Positions 1-13,700 are shown, counted from the stretch's first letter. The stretch is 64,000 nt of DNA from Chara braunii (GCA_003427395.1 BFEA01000018.1:1121382-1185381), one strand, 5' to 3'. Notes: generated by a model from the letters alone, not told the origin. Numbers and translations are program-made.

Positions 1-319
1 CAAGATGGGGTCCTGGGAGGCTTGGACTGGACCTACCTTCCAGATGTGGGGTGGTACCTCAGTGATGACGCCCGTCTCGTAAGCAGCAAAAGGTCGGACT
101 GNAGTAGGGGATGAGGTGAGTTATCAGCAGGGGGAGGACTGATCACCCTTCCTTTTTGGGGCTGATGGGCCGGCATCCGTCTACTCAGTTGGTGGGCCAA
201 CGTCTGCGTACCTTCGAGTGAGAACTAGTCGTGCGATGGGGACATCGCATTTTGAGTGGGGGGAAGGTGTGCCATCTACCGATGAAAAAGCGTGCAAAAG
301 AGAAGGTTACCATGAGCAT

Positions 320-930
320 AAGAATGTATGAATAATTGGCTTTGCGCAGGATTGAGAAAAGACCTGGCAAGATGTCCAGAAAAAAAGAATGTATGAATAA
401 TTGGCTTTGCGCAGGCTTGAGAAAAGGCCTGGCAAGATGTCAAGAAGAAAAGAATGGATGAGTAATTGACTTTGCGCAGGCTTGACAAAAGGCCTGTTAA
501 GATGTCCAGAAGAAAAGAACGGATGAGTAGTTGACGTAGCATGAGCTTGAGAAAAGGCCTGGCAAGATGTTCAGAAGAGAAACGGATGTATAATTGACAT
601 TGCATGAGCTTGAGAAAAGGCCTGGCAAGGTGCCCAACTGAGGAACAGATGCGTGAATGACGCCGCATGGGCTTGAGAAGAGACCTGACGAGATGTCCAT
701 GAGAGAAATGGATGAGTATTTGACCTAGCATGGGTTTTAGAGAAGGCCTAGCAGGATGTTCAGAAAAAAAAGATATGTGAAATTGGCTTTGCGTAGACCT
801 AAGGAAAAGTCTGGCAAGACGTCCAGAAAAGAGATACAGGTATAATGAACTTTGCATGAGTATGAGAGAGGTTTGGCAAAAGGTCAGAAGAAAGATGTGA
901 ATAAGAGGATTGAGTAACGCGCATTTTAAA
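320..930 (+). repeat. Degenerate tandem array, about 60-64 bp unit, about 10 copies
   Basis: Recurrent GCTTGAGAAAAGGCCTGGCAAGATGTCCAGAAGAAAA-like unit at about 350, 415, 480, 545, 607, 670, 735, 798 and 860. Confidence 0.85.
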
Positions 931-1045
931 GCCTGGACACGAGAAAGGACGAATGAGGATGACACACATAAGCTGGGCAAAATGACATGGGAAAAGTACA
1001 TGGGAACTTGCTAAGCATGAGACTGAGGAAAGAATGATGGGATAA

Positions 1046-1500
1046 CATGGATTGCACGGGCCGAAAAATAGATTATTTTTTATGACTCTAAAAGTAATGA
1101 ATGAGGCGAAACCAAAATGGTTTCTGCTCGAGAATGTTTTCTCAATGAAATGGGAAGATAAATTTGAGATTACGAAGCACTTAAGGGAAGTTGTGCCTGG
1201 GATCACTGATTCGAAGTGGATATCACCACAGCAAAGGCGGCGGTTGTACTGGACGAACATCCCCCTTCCGGAGCAAATGCCTGACATTGAGTCGCATCCG
1301 AAAACTTGCCTACAATTTGTTATCAACAAAGCCAAGGCATAACATGAGAAAACCAATTGTGCTATGACAACAAATTGTCACCCTGAGAATAAAGTCAGCA
1401 TACCAGCAGTTAAGTGAATGAAGCAAGGAGAGTCTCGTTTGCTTCATGTTACTGAAGGCGACAGAATTATGGGTTGCCCTGCTGGGTATACAGAGTTGAC
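1046..1500 (+). pseudogene. C5 cytosine DNA methyltransferase fragment (DNMT3-like/bacterial-type catalytic C-terminal half)
   Basis: GLHGPKNRLFF (segment following motif IV), KPKWFLLENV (motif VI), SPQQRRRLYWTNIP (motif VIII) and, after a frame break, LHVTEGDRIMGCPAGYTE (motif IX). Motifs I-IV are not seen. Confidence 0.85.
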
Positions 1501-2239
1501 TGAAGAGGAAGTTCGCGTCTCGATTGAGGGAAAGATAAAAAGGGAGAGCTATGACGGAAATGAGCAACCTGGTCTAAGTTGTAGAACCTTCGACTCCCCC
1601 ATACCCTCCTCCACCCCAAGCGGCGGAAACTAAGGAAAACTTTGAGAAAGAAATGGGAAAAGAACAAAACGGACCCTGACAAACTAACTATCCGTAACAT
1701 CTCATCTCCCTCTCTCATCTATCCCTCAAAATCTCACTGACAAGAGGTTGGTGCGCGATGAGGACATCGTGAAAAAGTGGGGGGAATGTGTCGGGACTGG
1801 TGAGTCCCGAATAACTTTTCATCACTCGAGAGACCAAATATGGACGAACTGTGCACAACAGAGAAATCTAGAGTGAGACGAGATAAAGGATTAGGCCACA
1901 GGAGGGAGTAATGCCCTGGGGCGAGAACCACAGGGGGAAAGAACTAAGCGGCAGCAAGCGAGCGAGCGCAAGAACAGGGACACGTAGAATATAGCAGGAG
2001 GCCGGGAGGGCCATCGGAATGCAATAAGACTAAGGCCAAAGGGCCCCTTGAACCAGCAAATGCAGCACAACAGCGATAAAGGAATGAGGAAGTAAAGGGA
2101 TGGGCGGCCCAGAGGCCGCAGGAAACCAATAAACGAGGGGCCAACGTGGAGGCCACCTACGAGAGCCTCGAAGCGGAGACCCACGACAAAAAATAATCAG
2201 CGCGTACAAGGCGCGAGGAAAGACCAAGGAGAAGGGTCG

Positions 2240-5160
2240 CTATGGGGCGACAAGATGCCCAAGGGGCATGGGACACCTCGGGGAAAGGCACCTAAGGCCA
2301 CATGGGACTAAGTAAAAATAATGGCATTCGGGGCGAAATGTGCCGGGGACCACCGGCGACACTAAGTGTCGGGGACCCCCGCGGGACAAGTGGCGGGGAC
2401 ATGTGAAAGTCCCAAGAGGAAACGGCGGCATCACATGATGGAAAATAATAAATGCAAATTGCACCGTCAAGATCAACATCTTGATGGCCAAGAATATTAG
2501 CACCACTAGCGCAAGCACTAGTGGTGACAAACGGGAAGGCCAAAAGGAAAAGAAAAAGTAAAGAAAACTGAAGTTGGAGGCATAAGAGCAATCCGAAAAA
2601 TCTCGGATTAGCCTCCCCTAGGAAAATGGAGACAAAAAAGGCCCTATGTGAAAAATAGCCTCCGGGAAAAAATCGGAGTAGGAGGGGTCACTATGGGAGA
2701 AATGTAAGAGCAAAAAGAAGCTCCCATGGGCATGGGAAGGCCATTATTGCAATCCGAGAAATAACGGACTGCACCATGGGCATAGAGAGGGCCGAAACTA
2801 AGAGGAAAAGACTAGAAAAGAGCCTTAACGGCCACTTGGCACTTGACATGCTAGAAAAAAGAGGGAAAAGAAAAAAAAATGTGGAAGAATAAGACAAAAA
2901 GAGTGAGAGGGAGTGAGTGAGTTCGCCGTCAGTAGGGACTGACATAGGTAGGGACTGGCAGATCCCTACTGTCCAAGAAAGGAGGAAAAAAAAAAAGAAA
3001 AGAAAAGAGAAAAAGACCTTAACGGTAAAAAACGGTCACTTGGGGAGATTCATCCGTGACCAGATTCATTCTGGAATATGACGGTTACAAAGGACTTTGA
3101 TTTTCTTTGATTTTTTTGCAGAGAAAATCAAAGAAAATCAAGGCCTCTTGCAACTGGAATAAAACGGATTACATGCATAAGGAGAAACACATGTTTTAGG
3201 TGCATCCGGAACCAAAATCAAATCCGGATGCACTTGGGAATTGACCGTTTCTTTTTCTTTTGAGTAAGGGCTAGTTGTAGGGCATTTGGGCTAAGGAATT
3301 AACCCCCATTGCAGTCCGAGTTGTAACGGACTGCATGGGGGAGAGAAAACACATGTTCTAAGTGCATCCGGAGCCAATATTGAGCCCGGTTGCACTATGA
3401 AATTTAACGCTTCATTTTCCTTTAGCATAGGACAAGTTGTGGGGCTGTGGGTGTAGAAAACAACCATGACTGCAGTCCGAGAAATTACGGACTGCATGGG
3501 GATGCCAAGGCTAAGAGAAAATGGGCTATGGCAAACCCGGAAGACTAGAAAGGAACAATTTCGGCATGGGGCAAGTAAGGACGGTAAACGGCAACCGTGA
3601 GATGAGATCTCACGACCTAGAAAAATCGGCACACATGTACAAATGATGGGACCACCAAGGGCAAGGGGCCCCAAAAAAATAAAAATGGGACACCATCCGG
3701 AATGTTGTCGGGGACCAAGAGGGTCCAAATAATAAAAATCGAAAAAACGAGACATGCGCCGGCGGGACAAGAAAATAAGACTAGTATGGAGGAGAATGGC
3801 AGGGACTTGGGATGTCCCGAGGGAACCATGAGCAAGCGCGAGGAACAATTGTGCAAGCAAACGACACCGTCGAGATTAAGGATCAAGACGGTGAAAAATA
3901 TTAGCACCACTAGTGCAAGGGACAAGTGGGAGAGTCATGGGGGAAAAAGAAAGTAAGATAAGGATGTTGAGAAGGCTGCCCAGCAGCCCGGGATATCTCG
4001 GACTAGCTAGGCATAAGAAAATAAAACCTTGAAAGGCTCAACATGAGAAAAAGGCTGCCCTTAGAAAATCGGAGCAAAAGGGGCTAAAAAATTGGCAAAC
4101 GGGAGCAAAATGGAGCCCCCTAGGAGCATGGGGGTGCCATTGTTGGAATCCGAGATGTAACGGTCAAGTAACAACCATGAACCTGACCTTGAATGAGGCC
4201 CTAAGACCTAGAAAGAGGGTGGACAGCAGTTTGACACTTGTCACAACTGAAATAAAAGAAAAAGAAAGAAAAATGGGAGAGAAAGGAGGGAGAATGAGAC
4301 AAAAAGGGAGAAAAGAGTGGAGGAGAATGTGCCGGCCTATTGGGACCTGCACAGTAGGGATTGGCAGGTCCCAACTGTGACCTCATCCCTCCTAGAATGA
4401 GGGGGGCCAATCCGGATTGCAGAGATATGGCCCTTAGAGTCATATCTCAATAAAATCTGAATTAAAAAGCAGAAAATGAGAGAAAATGCGAAAAGGAAGT
4501 GACGGTTTTTTTTTTGGGTCATTGATCTGATATCAGATCTTATGGTAGAGAGGAACTAGCCGTTTTTGTGGGCCAGCTCAAAACGGCTAGCTCCGGAATG
4601 AGGTGGCAGCCCAAAACGGAGAGAAACAAAAGAGGGAAAATGACAAAACAATCCATTTGGCCCAAAAAGAGAGCCAGATGCACCAAAAGTTGAAAAACTG
4701 GACTTAGGGGCTCAAAATTGAAGCAAGGGTTACTAGGGGGTAGCTCAGATTATTGCTGGCCTTGGATCCCAGCCAGATCCAAGGCTGAAAATGTGCCGCC
4801 ACATGAAAAAATGCTATGGCCTACTCAAAAGAGGCCGAAACTTGAAAAAATAGAGAAAAAAACCCACAAGGTCTTTTTCTTTCAAGTAAAAATGCCCCTT
4901 GGGCACTAGGACCCAAGGGGGCAGCATTTGTAAGGCAAAAAGGAGGCCGGAGTAGGCCAAGAGGCAGTCCGAGTTGGTACCAACCACTCGGACTGCATGT
5001 ACTTGGCCAAAATAAGGCCCAAGTATCTCCAGGAGGGCCTAGTAAGGGAATTTTGCCTTGGGGGTACCTCGGTTCAACTCAAGGCTCATGGGGAGGCTCA
5101 TGGGCTGGCCGGACTGCTGCTTTCAGCCTACATAAGCTGAGGATGCAGTCCGCCACTCTC
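2240..5160. repeat. Unclassified repetitive region with internal duplications and recurrent palindromes
   Basis: About 2300-2800 is paralogous to about 3620-4200 (e.g. AATATTAGCACCACTAG). GAAACACATGTT..TAGGTGCATCCGGA occurs at about 3185 and 3345. GCAGTCCGAG..CGGACTGC hairpins recur. Confidence 0.6.
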
Positions 5161-6612
5161 ACATTTGCATGAGGAGTTCCCATGCTGCCCAAGTGAGCTC
5201 ACAGAAGCACCTTCGCACTTGGAGTGAGAGAGGAAGAGCCCATGCTAGTGGGAGAGCTTAGACGAGACTAGGAGGTAGTAGGGAAGACTCTAGAGGGTAG
5301 TGATGGTGGGAGAGACACTTAGGAGGTGATCCGCCATATCCCTTCTGGGTGTAGGAGAGAAGGAGAAGCTAGAGGAGCCCCCGTTAGCCGTCCTAGAGGG
5401 GAGGACTCCATAGCCATAGCTGGGGGAGTTTGCCATAGCCTGAGAGAAAGCAAGGAAGGAGGAGAGAAGGGTTTGGAGAAGAAGGAAGCCATAGCCAAGA
5501 GGGGATTGCGCAAGGAGTGACAGTTTCATCAAGACGACACCAGCATCAAAGAATCAACAAGGGCACAGACGGTAAACGAAACCAGACTTCACTTGGTGGA
5601 GAAAGAGGGCAAGGGGAGGATAGCCGGTCCCTTGTGCCACCAAGGAGGCAAAGGAAAAAGGGACATTGGAAAAGTAAGAAAAGACGGAGTCCGAGAAAAG
5701 AGTATAAGTGAGAGCAAGGTCAGTTTGACTCAACCATTTCCCCGACTGCATGACTATGAAAAGATAATGGGCTGATTGAGCAACAAGAGGGAACAAAGAG
5801 CAGCCAAAGAATTTGAAAAGATAGGCATGTGGGAAGGGCTATGTGTTGACCCCCAACGGGGGATTGTATGGATCTGCTTGCTTGTGTGGGGTTGTGCATA
5901 TGAGTGAGGACTAGAAATGCCTTGAGCGGGATAGGGGCGAGAGGAACTGGGCACCAAGAGGGAAAGGGAAGAGGGACAAAGGGGCTATGGGACCCTTGAC
6001 ATAGAGCCAACCCATGAAAATGACTTTTGCGCTTGAAGACTTGGAGCGTAAATGAGAGTGCAATCGTACCAAGGAAAATGTGATGTTGTGTGTGCATGCA
6101 TATGAGGACCCCGAAAAGACTAAGGGGCCTACTTCAATACGGAAGACAGCAAATTGTGAGACCCGATGAATGCGTAGAGGTGAGGGAGAGGACGGCTCCG
6201 CTGCACCCCGATGACGCCATATAGCCACAATGCTTAGGGAAATGGTGCGTGGCCTAAGGATGACGCTTAGCCTACGCACAAGAGAAGAGAAACACTCAAA
6301 GAATCCTTGGACTGCCTGCGCATTGGAAGGAGCAATTGCATGAGAACACAACAAAGAATCGAAAAAAAAATCAGAGTTGCGGAACAACCAGCGAGACTAC
6401 CACCCGGCGTGAGGGTTGAGCTACATCCCCAATATCAAACCTCTGTCGCGCAATGGCCCACCCCCATCCATCTCAAAGCACTAGGTGGGGGTGACCTTGG
6501 GACGAATGGCCCGCGCCCTGAGCATGAGTGTGGGCGGGCCGAGCCAACTGGGACCCGCAGTGGGTCGACTAAGGCTCGAAAGTCTATCGGGGTTTGGCCC
6601 TACAACGCGCGC

Positions 6613-6614
<2 letters not shown>

Positions 6615-6657
<43 letters not shown>

Positions 6658-6686
6658 AGAGAGAAAGAAAGAGAAAGAGAGAGAGA
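6615..6686. repeat. (GT)n-(GA)n microsatellite
   Basis: Directly visible. Confidence 0.95.
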
Positions 6687-7715
6687 CCCTAGGCACACTG
6701 ACCTCCACTGCTGGGCCCCGACACCCCCACCACCGACCCCCACCCTTGGACCCCAGCACCTCGTCCCCCGTCCCTTGATTCCGGTACCCCCACCCCCGCA
6801 CAACACCAACGCCTGGCACCGGCAGCCCCCGCCCCCGACTGGCCCAGGCACGTCTGTGGCCTTGTCTCCACTAGATCCTCAGGCACCCCCTAAATACAAA
6901 AAATGGAAATCGGTCCAAGAAGGTGCGGCGATGCTGTGCACCCTGCCATGTTTTTGTTTTTGTTTTTTCCGTTTTTTTTTTTGCCATTAATTTTCACCCC
7001 TTGCCCCCCCTAAGGTTGGGGGTCCCACCCTCGGTGGCCCCGGACCCTGGCCAGGGGTCTGGTGCTGGAGGGTGACAACCCTCACCTCTGCCAATTGTAT
7101 TTTATACAGAGCCTCCATGCCTGCTGCTGAGGTCATATCTTCCAGATTTGGGGAAGAGATGCTTGGTCAGCAGGGGCTGCAAGGCAACAGGGATGTCCTG
7201 CATCCTCTTTTCACCTGTGAGTCAGCACTCCATTGACACTCCCTCCCTACTTCGATGGACGATTGCAGCAGGCCTCCCTTTGTACTATGACTCTCGCCCT
7301 TGCGACCTGTTGCACTCCATTTGGCATCGACACCAAACCAACGTCTTCAGTATTACACGCTTCATACACCACTGTTGTCTCTTACATGGCGATGGCGGTT
7401 AACATACTACTGCAATGACGGTCACCATACTATTGTGCTCTCCTTCCTTGGTCTCCCTAGGTCAGAGTTTACCATGGGGGTTGTTGTTCTAGCCAAACTT
7501 GGCGATTCTCATATCGTCGAGCATTGCACCACTGGGCCCTGGCGGCGGGTAAGCTCAGTGCACCGGTGCCTCGCTGGATTACTTTCCGCTTAACCAAGAA
7601 CTCTGTCCTTTGGACTTCTCTTTCCTGTCTGTCAACAGAATTGGGCGAGTTGCTTACATCTCTTTTTATGTTAATATCATTCCCTGAGGTCTAAGGCTAG
7701 GTTACGAATTCGTAT

Positions 7716-10659
7716 GTGAGTGAAGTAGGTCCGTGTTCTTACAGAATTTACCAAATCCACACAGCGCATAAATTTCGACCATGGTGCTTCAAATGCAGAG
7801 CCTACGGTCATCTTACGTTTGAATTCGCCTATCCACAACACCCACAACATGCTCTTTCGGCTGAGAAAAAGCTCAAGAAGGATCCGCAAAGGCCTCACCG
7901 CTGGATTCCTATACTGCCAGGGCACGAGGGATGGGTGTTCAATGATGATCTTAATCAAATGGGTCAACTGATTGGATGGATTTGGGATGGCAGGGGTGAT
8001 CTTTGGAGGGCTCCCAGACCTCCGGCGGAATGGTTACCTCCTCACCACCTACATCCTACTCAGCAACAACAGGTTCAAAATTCTCCTCAGTTGAGATCAA
8101 GGAGAGGTGGGCAATCACAACACTCTCAACAGTCTCAGACCACCCATCAGTCTCAGTCCCAACAACCCCATCAATCGAAGCAGACTCAAAAAGCATACTC
8201 CTGCAAGGGTGTTAAGCCTACCGAAACAGCAGTAGCAACTAGAAATGTTGGAGACTCAGGAAGAGCTGGAACTGCTGAAAGAGCAGGAACAACAGAGAAT
8301 GAGGCTGCAAAAAAGGTAACCCCAGGCAGCTCCAAAGGACCAAACGACTCAGTCCAAGGACTGCAGCACAATACGAGAGGAGTGGAAGATGCACGCAGGA
8401 TAGGGGGAATGTAAAGACTCTAGGCCCATCACCTTCCTTTTATATGCCAAAGAATAATCAAGTTCCTACAACGGAATGGAGAGAGGTCAAGAGGAAGGGA
8501 GCTGATAAGAGGACAAGCACCACCTTACAGCCAAGTCATTCAAAACAGCCTCTATTACAGGCAGGCAACGAACTGAACATGAAGGAAGTAGCCAGTACGC
8601 CCCCCTCAGAAGAAAAGGAGGGCTCAACCCAGAAACAGACTTAGTGTGTCACAGAGGATATGAAAATATATCTCCTTAAATAAGTCTTTGATACAATCCC
8701 CATGGATGTGGAAAAGACGCCGGTAGCTGCTTCACCCTTCACACCTATGATTGCCGAAAAGAACGGCATGAAACCAATGTCGGATCTTTACACTGAATTG
8801 TCCAAATTGGCTGAATGATTGGTACTTAACCTCAAAACCATGCATCCAAATTTGAAAGAAGCATTATGGCAACAGATCCACTATGAACTAATGCCTGTCC
8901 TGGTAAACAGTGAAAGCTTGATGATGGTTCTGCAATATGGTCCCCTGTCAAGCACAAATTGGGCAGAGATCTGTGATAAACTACTGAGAATAGTAACTAT
9001 GCGTTTTAACCCGCTGCAGTTGGCTGGAGATATCCCAACCATGATTCCTCAGCATCCCAACCAGAACCAGACCTCGAACTAGAAGACAGAGAGGGGAGAT
9101 GTACATGTTATGATTGGCCTGCAAAGGAACAGAAAAAGTATGAAGAGAATCAAAGAGCTAGCCAGAAAAAGAAGAGAGAGCGATCCTGAAAATCACAAAA
9201 AAAAAAAAAGGAAAAAAAAAAGGAAACACAGAAAGAAACTGGGATTAGGAAAAAAATTATTGTTATTCATACTTACCTGGGAAATTTGGTCTGCAAAAAC
9301 ACAAAGCGCCAGAAGAAGATCAATCATTATGCACTTACCCCCCCCAAAAGAGCAAAACCTAAAGGACAAAAAAAATTCAGCAATATGTGTCTGAAAGCCA
9401 CCCTGCCCAATCAGGATCTGCCTTGTCAGACAGGAATAGTAGGACAAGTTGGTATACCTACTATAGTACAGGGGGAAGGAAATGTGCAGATGTACTCTCA
9501 GGTAACGACCTCTACGCCACTAACCAGACAACTGAAAGACCAGATCCTTCCCCCAGATACTCATGATCCAAATTTCATCCTGGATAAAAGGCTGGAAACA
9601 GAGGCCAGTTATCAACAGATCAATTCAGAGGGTAAGCCTCGTGTACCATCACAACCAGATGCCAAGGAGGGAAATGGAAATGAGCTCGCAGCAGAAACGG
9701 TACACCCAAGGAACGCTGGAGGAGAAATAGAGGAGGAATACATCCAAGTTTGTGCCCCCTTCCCCCAGGATTGGAAGTATGAGGACTCCCTTGAACCCCA
9801 AAGAACAAAGAGAGTGATAAAGATACAAGAAATGAAAGAAGTGGTATCAGAGCTCACAAGGGAGCGAAAATTCCTCCTTCTTACTCACACTCAACTGAAC
9901 CCGACGGATCATCCAACTGAGTCAGAGGATTGTGAGGGAGGGGTGAGCAGGGAGATCCCACCTCTATCTTAGACAAAATAGGTGAGTAGACAGATTTCTC
10001 CTCAATCTCCGTTAGAACTACCACAGGGGGAGATTGACCTCACGGAGGACCTTCTACCGGATGAGGAGGGAAAGGTGGTACTGAGTGGGAATAAAGTCCC
10101 CACGTCCCCACCTTTCACTGAACTTACCAGCAAGCGTGAGAAGTAAGGACAACGTTTGGGTAGAATGCAGGACATTCCTCCACCGATTCAAAAAGGTATA
10201 GTGATCCTCCCAGTCTGTTTCAAGGAAGACACTTGGGAAGTAGGTCTTTCAGAACCCTCGGGCGCTTTTTACAGAGAAGTAACAATCCAGGGTACTAAAT
10301 CTACTTTCCTTTCTCTTTCTTCTATCACTGAGGGAATTGCAAGAGAATCTCTGATTAAAGGGGACATCATGAAATGCATAAAGGAGTACCTCCCTCTAGG
10401 TGGAGTGACCACCCTCACTATTGATAAAACTGCAGGCAGATTGACAGAAAGGGATGTCTATCTCAAATATGAGACTACCAAATAGGCAAGCTTACGATGG
10501 TTTAGAAATAACACTTTAAAAGAATTGCAAATGCTGAAACTCAAAGCAAGCAAGTTTTGGTCTGAAGGAGAAGTAGGGGTCATTCTTCTTCGACTCCTAT
10601 TCCATGGCATTCTAGAGGCCGGTGGAATCTTGGACATCGGGAAGTGGGTAGATCTGTGA
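7716..10659 (+). pseudogene. LINE A ORF1 (fragmented; zinc-knuckle-like module plus two further conserved modules)
   Basis: IHTAHKFRPWCFKCRAYGH..PGHEGWV matches copy B (IHTAHKHRPWCFKWQAYDH..PGHEGWV). Further matched blocks at 8819-9050 and 10190-10600. Confidence 0.75.
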
Positions 10660-10720
10660 AGAAACACTTCTAGAAAGGGAAAGGGTTGTGATCTCTGTGA
10701 ACTTTTTTCTTATTTTTAAG

Positions 10721-13700
10721 ATGAAAGATATAAAGAAGATATACGCGCTGTATAATAAGGACAAGGACTGGAAGCTAGCAAGGAGAAGGGCAGACCTAGA
10801 CCTACGATCCCTTAATGTAAACGGTTTAGCGTTAATCAACCCCAATAAGAAACAAGCTATATATGACCAACTGAAGGGTATAGATGGAAAGCAATGGCCA
10901 AATGTGGTCTGCAATCAAGAAACTCACCTAATGGATACAGAAACCCACAACCATCACCACAAAGACATTTGGCCTCACCAGTCCTATAGAGCTCATGCCA
11001 CTAAGGCAGGGAGTGCTGGTGTAGCAATTTGGGTTTCACCATTATCTAGAGTTGAAGTCCTTAACTGGGAGGTGGATGAAGTAGAAGGAAGATGAGTATA
11101 TATTCTAGCAATGCTAGAGATTGAAGTCGTCGGCGTCTTATGTGTGTATGGACCAAATGAAGTTAAGGAACGAAAAACTTTCTTTGAGAATATTTTCCCA
11201 CGCCTCCCAGTTGGAATTCCAGTAATTATAGCAGGGGACTTCAATGCATCACCAGATCGGAATCAGGATAGATGGAAGATTCCTTCCCCGTGCCCAACTT
11301 ATGTAGAAAATGATGAACTCATAATAAATAACCTATGTCGATCCTTAAATCAGTTTGACTCATACAAAAGACTTCATCCTACTAGCAAAACATTTACCTG
11401 CTTCAGGAAGGGTCATTCAGGTCAAAGCACAAAATCTCGTATAGATCTAATCCTCGTGGTTGGAGAGCTAGAAGGAGCTTTACAAGTGGCAGAGATCTTC
11501 CCCAAAAGTCATTTCCCTGGTCTAGATCATGCGATGTGTGTAGTCATTCTTTCATTCAGAAATAAACCGGACCAAGGAAAATGATATTACAAATTGAACA
11601 CTTTCCATCTCAAAATGGAATGCTTCACCAACTATCTTCGTGATGTGTGAAAATTCTGGAAGGAACAAAAAGATATCATAAACAATGACATAACATAGTT
11701 CAACAACGGTCTAGCATTCATAGGCCGTAAATGCAATGAATATTCAAAAATGCTAGCATAAAAAAGACACTCAAAAGAAACTCAACTTCAAAAGAGAATT
11801 CAAGAACTTAAACATCAAGAGACGGAATCACAAGATAGAGAGATCCTCGAACCTCTAGCAAATGAGATAATAGACCTTGAAAAGAAATTACTAACACAGA
11901 TGGAATACAAATGGCAAGGGATGAGAATCAAGGGAAAACTTAGGTGTCACCAGATAGAAGGATCCATGGACGCGCGATTCTTTGCAGTAGCCAAGGCAAG
12001 AACAGGAAGAACTGTTATTGAGGCATTGACTGATCACAGAGACAAGGAAGCTCCATGGGTCACCTCGACTGCGGCATGCACTAAACTGGCAAGGGAATTC
12101 TAGAAAGATTTCTTCTCTTCAGAAAACAGTGACATCCCAATGAACCAAAGAATCCAAGAAATAGATGAATTTCTAATTCCACTCAACAAAAAGTTGTCTG
12201 AGGAGCAAAAGGTAATGATGTATAAACCCCTCACGAAAGATGAGATATGGACAACACTAATGCTAATGGAAGAAGAAAAAACCCCAGGAATAGATGGACT
12301 ACCTAAAGAATTCTGGGAAATCCTCTGGGATTCTCTCTCACAAGACCTCATGGATTATCTCAACGCAGTCTGGACCTCAGGAGAAATGAGCGAGATTGTG
12401 GGTCAAGGAGTACTAACGCTTCTATATAAAAAAGGGGGAAAAACGAATATAAGGAATTATCGTCCTATCACGCTTTTCACAATAGTTTATAAATTACTAG
12501 CTAAGGCATTAGCTGACCGCCTCACCAAAGTTATTGCAGACATTATTCATCCAGACCAGTCCGACTTTATCATTGGAAGGAACATACAAGACAACGTTTT
12601 TCTAATCAATGAGCTGATAAAGATTACTCGTCAATCTAAGTTGAATGCAACCTTCACCTTTATCAACTTTGAAAAAACATACGATCATGTGGATTGGTTC
12701 TTTCTGGATAAATGCTTAGAAAAATTTAACTTTGGTCATAGTTTCAGGAGATGGATCCAGATACTACATCACAATGCAACCACTCAAGTAATGGTTAATG
12801 AAAACTTGCCCCCCCCCATCCCCTTACATCGATTAGTAAGGCAAGGAGATCCAATTGCTTTTTTTTTTTTTGCGATGGTAATGAAGGCATTATCAATAAA
12901 CTTGAGACAACATAAGGACATCAAACGTCTCCAAATTACCTCCATTCATGAGGAAGCCATCCTAGTATGTTCTCTGTTTGCAGATGACCTATCTCTCATG
13001 TTAGAAGCATCTCAAGAAAACCTAATGGAAATCCAAAAAATGATGGATAAATTTTGCCGTTTATCAGATATGAAAGTTAACCGGGGTAGTAAAACATTAA
13101 GGTGGTGGATCCATCATCAAGGTGCTAGACCCCCTGAACAACCAAGAGTCAAATGGCTGTCTACAGACACTCCTATTAGAGTATTGGGGATATCTCTCTC
13201 TGCAGATGGCAAACCAAAAACCAACAATGAGTGGATTACCCAACCAGCACTTACCAAGTTGGAACTGTGGAAAAATAAGCACGCTTCACTAATGGGTTGT
13301 GCTTTAGCCATTGACAATGTTGTTCTTGCTTCAATATGGTATAAATCAGCAATATGGGCAATGGACAAGGCGACTCTCAGGATATTCTAGCAACAACTAT
13401 CAGCGTTCCTATGGAGGGGTAATCATGAGTTAAAAAATGTAATTCGTAGAGTAGCATGACAATCAGTTATCCAGTCCAAGGCCAGGGGAGGATTGGGAAT
13501 CATCGACCCTGTTACTCAAGCCATGACTTTATCTATCCAATGGATTACTCAGTTGTTTTTCAATCCTCAAATCCCCTGGTCAACTTTGGCATGGGAACAA
13601 ATCAAACGATTAACCCTTTCTACACCAGAGGGTATTGACCCGTTGATGTGGCTAGAGAACCGCTCCTGACCTTTGCCTAGAGGATCCCCCTACCTCCGAC

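Noticed and set aside
320-930. CRISPR-like periodic array
   Set aside because: Whole units are homologous with no unique spacers, there are no cas genes, and the context is eukaryotic.
6307-6990. 227-aa ORF
   Set aside because: Runs through (GT)n/(GA)n and C-rich low-complexity DNA; no domain signal.
9269-9280. ATACTTACCTGG, identical to the U1 snRNA 5' end
   Set aside because: Only 12 nt, inside LINE ORF1, with no U1 stem-loops or Sm site following.
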